A stretch of 64,000 nucleotides of DNA, taken from assembly GCA_964016885.1 (NCBI GenBank), contig OZ024743.1, positions 140,864,001-140,928,000 on the forward strand, in the 5' to 3' direction. Position numbers and translations under genes: made by a program. The notes under the pieces are model-generated. The model saw only the letters and a program-made list of their open reading frames with translations, had not been told where the DNA came from and searched no databases. Shown here in pieces: positions 37,749 to 49,539 of the stretch (position 1 is its first letter; every line of letters starts with the position of its first letter). The DNA comes from Eledone cirrhosa (Eukaryota).

Positions 37749-40700
37749 TTGGTGCTTGGTGCTTGGTGTTTGGTGTTTGGTGCTTGGTGTTTGATGCTTG
37801 GTGCTTGGTGTTTGGTGCTTGGTACTTGGTGCTTGGTGCTTGGTGTTAGGTGTTTAGTGCTTGGTGTTTGGTGTCTGGTTTTTGGTGCTTGGTGCTTGGT
37901 GTTTGGTGCTTGCTGCTGGCTGCTTGGTGTTTGGTGCTTGTTGATTGGTGCTTGGTGTTTGGTGCTAGGTGCTTGGTGTTTGGTGCTTGGTGCTTGGTGT
38001 TTGTACTTGGTGCTTGGTGCTTGGTTCTTGGTGTTTGGTGCTTGGTGCTTGGTGTTTGGTGCTTGGTGCTTGGTGTTTGGTGCTTGGTGTTTGGTGCTTG
38101 GTGTTTGGTGCTTGGTGCTTGGTGCTTGGTGTTTGGTGCTTGGTGTTTGGTGCTTGGTGTTAGGTGTTTGGTGCTTGGTGCTTGGTGTTAGGTGTTTGGT
38201 GCTTGGTGTTTGGTGCTTGGTGTTTGGTGCTTGGTGCTTGGTGCTTGGTGCTTGGTGTTTGGTTGTTGGTGTTTGGTGCTTGGTGTTAGGTGTTTGGTGC
38301 TTGGTGCTTGGTGTTTGGTGTTTGGTGCTTGGTGTTTGGTGTTTGGTGCTTGGTGTTTGGTGCTTTTTGCTTGGTGCTTGGTGCTTGGTGTTTGGTGCTT
38401 GGTGCTTGGTGTTTGGTGCTGGGTGCTTGGTGTTTGGTGTTTGGTGTTATATGCTTGGTGTTTGATGCTTGGTGCTTGGTGCTTGGTGTTTGGTGTTTGG
38501 TGCTTGGTGTTTGATGCTTGGTGCTTGGTGCTTGGTGTTTGGTGCTTGGTGCTTGGTGTTTGGTGCTTGGTGCTTGGTGTTTGGTGCTTGGTGTTTGGTG
38601 CTTGGTGTTTGGTGCTTGGTGCTTGGTGCTTGGTGCTTGGTGTTTGGTGGTTGGTGCTTGGTGCTTGGTGTTAGGTGTTTGGTGCTTGGTGCTTGGTGTT
38701 TGGTGTTTGGTGCTTGGTGTTTGGTGTTTGGTGCTTGGTGTTTGGTGATTGGTACTTGGTGCTTGGTGCTTGGTGTTAGGTGTTTGGTGCTTGGTGTTTG
38801 GTGTTTGGTGCTTGCTGCTGGCTGCTTGGTGTTTTGTGCTTGGTGATTGGTGCTTGGTGTTTGGTGCTTGGTGTTTGGTGTTTGGTGCTAGGTGCTTGGT
38901 GTTTGGTGCTTGGTGCTTGGTGTTTGTACTTGGTGCTTGGTGCTTGGTTCTTGGTGTTTGGTGCTTGGTGCTTGGTGTTTGGTGCTTGGTGCTTGGTGTT
39001 TGGTGCTTGGTGTTTGGTGCTTGGTGTTAGGTGTGTGGTGCTTGGTGCTTGGTGTTTGGTGTTTGGTGCTTGGTGTTTGGTGTTTGGTGTTATATGCTTG
39101 GTGTTTGATGCTTGGTGCTTGGTGCTTGGTGTTTGGTGCTTGGTGTTTGATGCTTGGTGCTTGGTGCTTGGTGTTTGGTGCTTGGTGCTTGGTGTTTGGT
39201 GTTTGGTGCTTGGTGTTTGGTGTTTGGTGTTATATGCTTGGTGTTTGATGCTTGGTGCTTGGTGCTTGGTGTTTGGTGTTTGGTGCTTGGTGTTTGATGC
39301 TTGGTGCTTGGTGCTTGGTGTTTGGTGCTTGGTGCTTGGTGCTTGGTGTTTGGTGCTTGGTGTTTGGTGCTTGGTGTATGGTGCTTGGTGCTTGGTGCTT
39401 GGTGTTTGGTGGTTGGTGCTTGGTGCTTGGTGTTAGGTGTTTGGTGCTTGGTGCTTGGTGTTTGGTGTTTGGTGCTTGGTGTCTGGTGTTTGGTGTTTGG
39501 TGTTTGGTGCTTGGTACTTGGTGCTTGGTGCTTGGTGTTAGGTGTTTGGTGCTTGGTGTTTGGTGTCTGGTTTTTGGTACTTGGTGCTTGGTGTTTGGTG
39601 CTTGCTGCTGGCTGCTTGGTGTTTGGTGCTTGGTGATTGGTTCTTGGTGTTTGGTGCTTGGTGTTTGGTGTTTGGTGCTAGGTGCTTGGTGTTTGGTGCT
39701 TGGTGCTTGGTGTTTGTACTTGGTGCTTGGTGCTTGGTTCTTGGTGTTTGGTGCTTGGTGCTTGGTGTTTGGTGCTTGGTGCTTGGTGTTTGGTGCTTGG
39801 TGTTTGGTGCTTGGTGTTTGGTGCTTGGTGCTTGGTGGTTGGTGTTTGGTGCTTGGTGTTTGGTGCTTGGTGTTAGGTGTTTGGTGCTTGGTGCTTGGTG
39901 TTAGGTGTTTGGTGCTTGGTATTTGGTGCTTGGTGTTTGGTGCTTGGTGCTTGGTGCTTGGTGCTTGGTGTTTGGTGGTTGGTGTTTGGTGCTTGGTGTT
40001 AGGTGTTTGGTGCTTGGTGCTTGGTGTTTGGTGTTTGGTGCTTGGTGTTTGGTGTTTGGTGCTTGGTGTTTGGTGCTTTTTGCTTGGTGCTTGGTTCTTG
40101 GTGTTTGGTGCTGGGTGCTTGGTGTTTGGTGTTTGGTGTTATATGCTTGGTGTTTGATGCTTGGTGCTTGGTGCTTGGTGTTTGGTGTTTGGTGCTTGGT
40201 GTTTGATGCTTGGTGCTTGGTGCTTGGTGTTTGGTGCTTGGTGCTTGGTGCTTGGTGTTTGGTGCTTGGTGTTTGGTGCTTGGTGCTTGGTGTTTGGTGC
40301 TTGGTACTTGGTGCTTGGTGTTTCGTGTTTCGTGTTTGGTGCTTGGTGCTTGGTGCTTGGTCCTTGGTGTTTGGTGCTGGGTGCATTGTGTTTGGTGCTT
40401 GGTGCTTGGTGCTTGGTGCTTGGTGTTTGGTGCTTGGTGCTTGGTGTTTGGTGCCTGGTGCTTGGTGTTTGGTGTTTGGTGCTTGGTGCTTGGAGTTTGG
40501 TGTTTGGTGCTTGGTGCTTGGTGTTTCGTGTTTCGTGTTTGGTGCTTGGTGCTTGGTGCTTGGTCCTTGGTGTTTGGTGCTGGGTGCATTGTGCTTGGTG
40601 TTTTGTGTTTGGTGCTTGGTGGTTGGTGCTTGGTGTTTGGTGCTTGGTGTTTTGTGTTTGGTGCTTGGTGCTTGGTGTTTGGTGCTTGGTGCTGGGTGGT

Positions 40701-43700
40701 TGGTGTTTGGTGCTTGGTGTTTGGTGCTGGGTGCTTGGTGTTTGGTGCTGGGTGCTTGGTGTTTGGTGCTTGGTGCTTGGTGTTTGGTGCTTGGTGCTGG
40801 GTGGTTGGTGTTTGGTGCTTGGTGTTTGGTGCTGGGTGCTTGGTGTTTGGTGCTGGGTGCTTGGTGTTTGGTGCTTGGTGCTTGGTCTTTGGTGCTTGGT
40901 GTTTGGTGCTTGGTGCTTGGTGCTTGGTGTTTGGTGCTTGGTGCTTGGTGTTTGGTGCTTGGTGCTTGGTGTTTGGTTTTTGGTGCTTGGTGCTTGGTGT
41001 TTGGTGTTTGGTGCTTGCTGCTGGCTGCTTGGTGTTTGATGCATGGTGATTGGTGCTTGGTGTTTGGTGCTTGGTGTTTGGTGTTTGATGCTTGGTGCTT
41101 GGTGCTTGGTGTTTGGTGCTTGGTGCTTGGTGTTTGGTGCTTGGTGCTTGGTGTTTCGTGCTTGGTGTTTGGTGCTTGGTGTTTGGTGCTTGGTGCTTGG
41201 TGCTTGGTGCTTGGTGTTTGGTGGTTGGTGCTTGGTGCTTGGTGTTAGGTGTTTGGTGCTTGGTGCTTGGTGTTTGGTGTTTGGTGCTTGGTGTTTGGTG
41301 TTTGGTGCTTGGTGTTTGGTGCTTGGTACTTGGTGCTTGGTGCTTGGTGTTAGGTGTTTGGTGCTTGGTGCTTGGTGTCTGGTTTTTGGTGCTTGGTGCT
41401 TGGTGTTTGGTGTTTGGTGCTTGCTGCTGGCTGCTTGGTGTTTGGTGCTTGGTGATTGGTGCTTGGTGTTTGGTGCTTGGTGTTTGGTGTTTGGTGCTTG
41501 GTGATTGGTGTTTGTACTTGGAGCTTGGTGCTTGGTTCTTGGTGTTTGGTGCTTGGTGCTTGGTGTTTGGTGTTATATGCTTGGTGTTTGATGCTTGGTG
41601 CTTGGTGCTTGGTGTTTGGTGTTTGGTGTTTGATGCTTGGTGCTTGGTGTTTGGTGCTTGGTGCTTGGTGTTTGTACTTGGTGCTTGGTGCTTGGTGCTT
41701 GGTGTTTGGTGCTTGGTGCTTGGTGCTTGGTGCTTGGTCCTTGGTGCTTGGTGTTTGGTGGTTGGTGTTTGGTGCTTGGTGTTAGGTGTTTGGTGCTTGG
41801 TGCTTGGTGTTTGGTGTTTGGTGCTTGGTGTTTGGTGTTTGGTGCTTGGTGTTTGGTGCTTGGTACTTGGTGCTTGGTGCTTGGTGTTAGGTGTTTGGGG
41901 CTTGGTGTTTGGTGCTTGGTGTTTGGTGCTTGGTGTTTGGTGTTTGATGCTTGGTGCTTGGTGCTTGGTGTTTGGTGCTTGGTGCTTGGTGTTTGGTGCT
42001 TGGTGCTTGGTGTTTGGTTTTTGGTGCTTGGTGCTTGGTGTTTGGTGTTTGGTGCTTGCTGCTGGCTGCTTGGTGTTTGATGCATGGTGATTGGTGCTTG
42101 GTGTTTGGTGCTTGGTGTTTGGTGTTTGATGCTTGGTGCTTGGTGCTTGGTGTTTGGTGCTTGGTGCTTGGTGTTTGGTGCTTGGTGCTTGGTGTTTGGT
42201 GCTTGGTGTTTGGTGCTTGGTGTTTGGTGCTTGGTGCTTGGTGCTTGGTGCTTGGTATTTGGTGGTTGGTGCTTGGTGCTTGGTGTTAGGTGTTTGGTGC
42301 TTGGTGCTTGGTGTTTGGTGTTTGGTGCTTGGTGTTTGGTGTTTGGTGCTTGGTGTTTGGTGCTTGGTACTTGGTGCTTGGTGCTTGTTGTTAGGTGTTT
42401 GGTGCTTGGTGCTTGGTGTCTGGTTTTTGGTGCTTGGTGCTTGGTGTTTGGTGTTTGGTGCTTGCTGCTGGCTGCTTGGTGTTTGGTGCTTGGTGATTGG
42501 TGCTTGGTGTTTGGTGCTTGGTGTTTGGTGTTTGTACTTGGTGCTTGGTGCTTGGTTCTTGGTGTTTGGTGCTTGGTGCTTGGTGTTTGGTGTTATATGC
42601 TTGGTGTTTGATGCTTGGTGCTTGGTGCTTGGTGTATGGTGTTTGGTGTTTGATACTTGGTGCTTGGTGTTTGGTGCTTGGTGCTTGGTGTTTGTACTTG
42701 GTGCTTGGTGCTTGGTGCTTGGTGTTTGGTGCTTGGTGCTTGGTGCTTGGTCCTTGGTGCTTGGTGTTTGGTGGTTGGTGTTTGGTGCTTGGTGTTAGGT
42801 GTTTGGTGCTTGGTGCTTGGTGTTTGGTGTTTGGTGCTTGGTGTTTGGTGTTTGGTGCTTGGTATTTGGTGCTTGGTACATGGTGCTTGGTGCTTGGTGT
42901 TAGGTGTTTGGTGCTTGGTGTTTGGTGCTTGGTGTTTGGTGCTTGGTGTTTGGTGCTTGGTGTTAGGTGTTTGGTGCTTGGTGCTTGGTGTTTGGTGTTT
43001 GGTGCTTGGTGTTTGGTGTTTGGTGCTTGGTGTTTGGTGCTTTTTGCTTGGTGCTTGGTGCTTGGTGTTTGGTGCTGGGTGCTTGGTGCTTGGTGTTTGG
43101 TGTTATATTCTTGGTGTTTGATGCTTGGTGCTTGGTGCTTGGTGTTTGGTGTTTGGTGATTGGTGTTTGATGCTTGGTGCTTGGTGCTTGGTGTTTGGTG
43201 CTTGGTGCTTGGTGTTTGGTGCTTGGTGCTTGGTGTTTGGTGCTTGGTGTTTGGTGCTTGGTGTTTGGTGCTTGGTGCTTGGTGCTTGGTGCTTGGTGTT
43301 TGGTGGTTGGTGCTTGGTGCTTGGTGTTAGGTGTTTGGTGCTTGGTGCTTGGTGTCTGGTTATTGGTGCTTGGTGCTTGGTGTTTGGTGCTTGTTGCTGG
43401 CTGCTTGGTGTTTGGTGCTTGGTGATTGGTGCTTGGTGTTTGGTGCTTGGTGTTTGGTGTTTGGTGCTTGGTGTTTGTACTTGGTGTTTGGTGCTTGGTG
43501 TTTGGTGCTAGGTGCTTGGTGTTTGGTGCTTGGTGCTTGGTGTTTGGTGCCTGGTGCTTGGTGTTTGGTGTTTGGTGTTTGGTGCTTGGTGCTTGGTGTT
43601 TGGTGTTTGCTGTTTGCTGTTTGGTGTTTGTTGTTTGGTGTTTGTTGTTTGGTGTTTGCTGTTTGGTGTTTGGTGTTTGCTTTTTGGTGTTTGGTGTTTG

Positions 43701-44280
43701 ATGTATGTTGTTTGCTGTTTGGTGTTTGGTGTTTGGTGCTTGGTGCTTGGTGTTTGGTGCTTGGTGCTTGGTGTTTGGTGCCTGGTGCTTGGTGTTTGGT
43801 GTTTGGTGCTTGGTGCTTGGAGTTTGGTGTTTGGTGCTTGGTGCTTGGTGTTTCGTGTTTCGTGTTTGGTGCTTGGTGCTTGGTGCTTGGTCCTTGGTGT
43901 TTGGTGCTGGGTGCATTGTGTTTGGTGCTTGGTGCTTGGTGCTTGGTGTTTGGTGCTTGGTGCTTGGTGTTTGGTGCCTGGTGCTTGGTGTTTGGTGTTT
44001 GGTGCTTGGTGCTAGGAGTTTGGTGTTTGGTGCTTGGTGCTTGGTGTTTCGTGTTTCGTGTTTGGTGCTTGGTGCTTGGTGCTTGGTCCTTGGTGTTTGG
44101 TGCTGGGTGCATTGTGCTTGGTGTTTTGTGTTTGGTGCTTGGTGGTTGGTGCTTGGTGTTTGGTGCTTGGTGCTTGGTGCTTGGTGTTTTGTGTTTGGTG
44201 CTTGGTGCTTGGTGTTTGGTGCTTGGTGCTGGGTGGTTGGTGTTTGGTGCTTGGTGTTTGGTGCTGGGTGCTTGGTGTTT
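37749..44280 (+). repeat. Second copy of a super-unit of about 9 kb (matches about 28612-35390)
   Basis: ORF offsets: 28612/37749 and 30768/39905 = 9137; 31934/41043 = 9109; 33204/42084 and 34087/42967 = 8880. Private markers GGTACATGG, TTATATTC and GGTTATTGG occur once in each copy. Confidence 0.82.
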
Positions 44281-47200
44281 GGTGCTGGGTGCTTGGTGTT
44301 TGGTGCTTGGTGCTTGGTGTTTGGTGCTTGGTGCTGGGTGGTTGGTGTTTGGTGCTTGGTGTTTGGTGCTGGGTGCTTGGTGTTTGGTGCTGGGTGCTTG
44401 GTGTTTGGTGCTTGGTGCTTGGTCTTTGGTGCTTGGTGTTTGGTGCTTGGTGCTTGGTGCTTGGTGTTTGGTGCTTGGTGCTTGGTGTTTGGTGCTTGGT
44501 GCTTGGTGTTTGGTTTTTGGTGCTTGGTGCTTGGTGTTTGGTGTTTGGTGCTTGGTGTTTGGTGTTTGGTGCTTGGTGTTTGGTGCTTGGTACTTGGTGC
44601 TTGGTGCTTGGTGTTAGGTGTTTGGTGCTTGGTGCTTGGTGTCTGGTTTTTGGTGCTTGGTGCTTGGTGTTTGGTGTTTGGTGCTTGCTGCTGGCTGCTT
44701 GGTGTTTGGTGCTTGGTGATTGGTGCTTGGTGTTTGGTGCTTGGTGTTTGGTGTTTGGTGCTTGGTGATTGGTGTTTGTACTTGGTGCTTGGTGCTTGGT
44801 TCTTGGTGTTTGGTGCTTGGTGCTTGGTGTTTGGTGTTATATGCTTGGTGTTTGATGCTTGGTGCTTGGTGCTTGGTGTTTGGTGTTTGGTGTTTGATGC
44901 TTGGTGCTTGGTGTTTGGTGCTTTGTGCTTGGTGTTTGTACTTGGTGCTTGGTGCTTGGTGCTTGGTGTTTGGTGCTTGGTGCTTGGTGCTTGGTGCTTG
45001 GTCCTTGGTGCTTGGTGTTTGGTGGTTGGTGTTTGGTGATTGGTGTTAGGTGTTTGGTGCTTGGTGCTTGGTGTTTGGTGTTTGGTGCTTGGTGTTTGGT
45101 GTTTGGTGCTTGGTGTTTGGTGCTTGGTACTTGGTGCTTGGTGCTTGGTGTTAGGTGTTTGGTGCTTGGTGTTTGGTGCTTGGTGTTTGGTGCTTGGTGC
45201 TTGGTGCTTGGTGCTTGGTGTTTGGTGGTTGGTGTTTGGTGCTTGGTGTTTGGTGCTTGGTGTTAGGTGTTTGGTGCTTGGTGCTTGGTGTTTGGTGTTT
45301 GGTGCTTGGTGTTTGGTGTTTGGTGCTTGGTGTTTGGTGCTTTTTGCTTGGTGTTTGGTGCTTGGTGTTTGATGCTTGGTGCTTGGTGCTTGGTGTTTGG
45401 TGCTTGGTGCTTGGTGTTTGGTGCTTGGTGCTTGGTGTTTGGTGCTTGGTGTTTGGTGCTTGGTGCTTGGTGTTTGGTGGTTGGTGCTTGGTGCTTGGTG
45501 TTAGGTGTTTGGTGCTTGGTGCTTGGTGTCTGGTTTTTGGTGCTTGGTGCTTGGTGTTTGGTGCTTGTTGCTGGCTGCTTGGTGTTTGGTGCTTGGTGAT
45601 TGGTGCTTGGTGTTTGGTGCTTGGTGTTTGGGGTTTGGTGCTTGGTGTTTGTACTTGGTGTTTGGTGCTTGGTGTTTGGTGCTAGGTGCTTGGTGTTTGG
45701 TGCTTGGTGCTTGGTGTTTGGTGCCTGGTGCTTGGTGCTTGGTGTTTGGTGTTTGCTGTTTGGTGTTTGGTGTTTGCTTTTTGGTGTTTGGTGTTTGATG
45801 TATGTTGTTTGCTGTTTGGTGTTTGGTGTTTGGTGTTTGGTGCTTGGTGCTTGGTGTTTGGTGCTTGGTGCTTGGTGTTTGGTGCCTGGTGCTTGGTGCA
45901 TGGTGCTTGGTGTTTGGTGTTTGGTGCTTGGTGCTTGGAGTTTGGTGTTTGGTGCTTGGTGCTTGGTGTTTCGTGTTTCGTGTTTGGTTTTTGGTGCTTG
46001 GTGCTTGGTGCTTGGTCCTTGGTGTTTGGTGCTGGGTGCATTGTGTTTGGTGCTTGGCGCTTGGTGCTTGGTGCTTGGTGTTTGGTGTTTGCTGCTTGGT
46101 GTTTGATGCTTGGTGCTTGGTGCTTGGTGTTTTGCGCTTGGTGCTTGGTGCTTGGTGTTTGGTGCTTGGTGCTTGGTGCTTGGTGTTTGTACTTGGTGCT
46201 TGGTGATTGGTGTTTGGTTCTTGGTTCTTGGTGTTTGGTGTTTGGCGTTTGGTGTTTGGTGCTTGGTGCTTGGTGTTTGGTGCTTGGTGCTTGGTGTTTG
46301 GTGCCTGGTGCTTGGTGCTTGGTGTTTGGTGTTTGGTGCTTGGTGCTTGGTGCTTGGAGTTTGGTGTTTGGTGCTTGGTGCTTTGTGTTTTGTGTTTGGT
46401 GTCTGGTTTTTGGTGCTTGGTGCTTGGTCCTTGGTGTTTGGTGCTGGGTGCTTTGTGTTTGGTGCTTGGTGCTTGGTGTTTGGTGTTTGCTGCTTGGTGT
46501 TTGATGCTTGGTGCTTGGTGCTTGGTGTTTTGTGTTTGGTGCTTGGTTCTTGGTGTTTGGTGCTTGGTGCTTGGTACTTGGTGTTTGTACTTGGTGCTTG
46601 GTGCTTGGTGTTTGGTTCTTGGTTCTTGGTGTTTGGTACTTGGTGCTTGGTGCTTGATGTTTGGTGTTTGGTGCTTGGTGTTTGGTGCTTGGTGCTTGGT
46701 GCTTGGTGTTAGGTGTTTGGTGCTTGGTCCTTGGTGTTTGGTGCTTGGTGTTTGGTGTTTGCTGTTTGGTGTTTGGTGTTTCGTGTTTGGTGTTTGCTGT
46801 TTGGTGTCTGCTTTTTGGTGTTTAGTGTTTGCTGTATGGTGTTTGGTGTTTGCTGTTTGGTGTTTGGTCTTTGGTGCTTGGTGTTTGGTGCTTGGTGCTT
46901 GGTGTTTGGTGTTTGGTGCTTGGTGCTTGGTGTTTGGTGTTTGGTGCTTGGTGTTTGGTGTTTGGTGCTTGGTGTCTGGTGCTTGGTGTTTGGTTTTTGG
47001 TGTTTGGTGTTTAGTGTTTGGTGCTTGGTGTTTGGTGTTTGGTGTTTGGTGCTTGGTGCTTGGTGTTTGGTGTTTGGTGTTTGGTGCTTGGTGTCTGGTG
47101 CTTGGTGTTTGGTGTTTGGTGCTTGGTGTTTGGTGTTTGGTGTCTGGTGCTTGGTGTCTGGTGCTTGGTGTTTGGTGTTTGGTGCTTGGTGTTTGGTGTT

Positions 47201-49539
47201 TGGTGTTTGGTGCTTGGTGCTTGGTGCTTGGTGTTTGGTGTTTGGTGCTTGGTGCTTGGTGTTTGGTGCTTGGTGTTGGGTGGTTGGTGTTTGGTGCTTG
47301 GTGTTAGGTGCTGGGTGCTTGGTGTTTGGTGCTGGGTGCTTGGTATTTGGTGCTTGGTGCTTGGTCTTTGGTGCTTGGTGTTTGGTGCTTGGTGCTTGGT
47401 GTTTGGTGCTTGGTGCTTGGTGTTTGGTGCTTGGTGCTTGGTGTTTGGTTTTTGGTGCTTGGTGCTTGGTGTTTGGTGTTTGGTGCTTGCTGCTGGCTGC
47501 TTGGTGTTTGATGCATGGTGATTGGTGCTTGCTGTTTGGTGCTTGGTGTTTGGTGTTTGATGCTTGGTGCTTGGTGCTTGGTGTTTGGTGCTTGGTGCTT
47601 GGTGCTTGGTGTTTGGTGCTTGGTGTTTGGTGCTTGGTGTTTGGTGCTTGGTGCTTGGTGCTTGGTGCTTGGTGTTTGGTGGTTGGTGCTTGGTGCTTGG
47701 TGTTAGGTGTTTGGTGCTTGGTGCTTGCTGGTTGGTATTTGGTGCTTGGTGTTTGGTGCTGGGTGCTGGGTGCTTGGTTTTTGGTGCTGGGTGCTTGGTG
47801 TTTGGTGCTTGGTGCTTGTTCTTTGGTGCTTTGTGTTTGGTGTTTGGTGCTTGGTGCTTGGTGTTTGGTGTTTGGTGCTTGGTGTTTGGTGCTTGGTGCT
47901 TGGTGTTTGGTTTTTGGTGCTTGGTGTTTGGTGTTTGGTGTTTGGTGCTTGCTGCTGGCTGCTTGGTGTTTGATGCATGGTGATTTGTGCTTGGTGTTTG
48001 GTGCTTGGTGTTTGGTGTTTGATGCTTGGTGCTTGGTGTTTGGTGTTTGATGCTTGGTGCTTGGTGCTTGGTGTTTGGTGCTTGGTGTTTGGTGTTTGGT
48101 GCTTGGTCATTGGTGTTTCTACTTGGTGCTTGGTTCTTGGTGTTTGGTGCTTGGTGCTTGGTGTTTGGTGTTATATGCTTGGTGTTTGATGCTTGGTGCT
48201 TGGTGCTTGGTGTTTGGTGTTTGGTGTTAGATGCTTGGTGCTTGGTGTTTGGTGCTTGGTGCTTGGTGTTTGTACTTGGTGCTTGGTGCTTGGTGCTTGG
48301 TGTTTGGTGCTTGGTATTTGGTGCTTGGTGCTTGGTGCTTGGTCCTTGGTGCTTGGTGTTTGGTGGTTGGTGTTAGGTGTTTGGTGCTTGGTGTTTGGTG
48401 CTTGGTGTTTGGTGCTTGGTGCTTGGTGCTTGGTGCTTGGTGTTTGGTGGTTGGTGTTTGGTGCTTGGTGTTTGGTGCTTGGTGTTACGTGTTTGGTGCT
48501 TGGTGCTTGGTGTTTGGTGTTTGGTGCTTGGTGTTTGGTGTTTGGTGCTTGGTGTTTGGTGCTTTTTGCTTGGTGCTTGGTGCTTGGTGTTTGGTGCTGG
48601 GTGCTTGGTGCTTGGTGTTTGGTGTTATATGCTTGGTGTTTGATGATTGGTGCTTGGTGCTTGGTGTTTGGTGTTTGGTGCTTGGTGTTTGATGCTTGGT
48701 GTTTGGTGCTTGGTGTTTGGTGCTTGGTGCTTGGTGTTTGGTGCATGGTGCTTGGTGTTTGGTGCTTGGTGTTTGGTGCTTGGTGTTTGGTGCTTGGTGC
48801 TTGGTGCTTGGTGCTTGGTGTTTGGTGTTTGGTGCTTGGTGATTGGTGCTTGGTGTTTGGTGTTTGGTGCTAGGTGCTTGGTGTTTGGTGCTTGGTGCTT
48901 GGTGTTTGTACTTGGTGCTTGGTGCTTGGTTCTTGGTGTTTGGTGCTTCGTGCTTGGTGTTTGGTGCTTGGTGCTTGGTGTTTGGTGCTTGGTGTTTGGT
49001 GCTTGGTGTTTGGTGCTTGGTGCTTGGTGCTTGGTGTTTGGTGCTTGGTGTTTGGTGCTTGGTGTTAGGTGTTTGGTGCTTGGTGCTTGGTGTTTGGTGT
49101 TTGGTGCTTGGTGTTTGGTGTTTGATTTATATGCTTGGTGTTTGATGCTTGGTGCTTGGTGCTTGGTGTTTGGCGCTTGGTGTTTGATGCTTGGTGCTTG
49201 GTGCTTGGTGTTTGGTGCTTGGTGCTTGGTGTTTGTACTTGGTGCTTGGTGCTTGGTTCTTGGTGTTTGGTGCTTGGTGTTTGGTGTTTGGTGCTTGGTG
49301 TTTGGTGTTTGGTGTTATATGCTTGGTGTTTGATGCTTGGTGTTTGGTGCTTGGTGTTTGGTGCTTGGTGTTTGATGCTTGGTGCTTGGTGCTTGGTGTT
49401 TGGTGCTTGGTGCTTGGTGTTTGTACTTGGTGCTTGGTGCTTGGTTCTTGGTGTTTGGTACTTGGTGCTTGGTGTTTGGTGCTTGGTGCTTGGTGTTTGG
49501 TGCTTGGTGTTTGGTGCTTGGTGTTTGGTGCTTGGTGCT

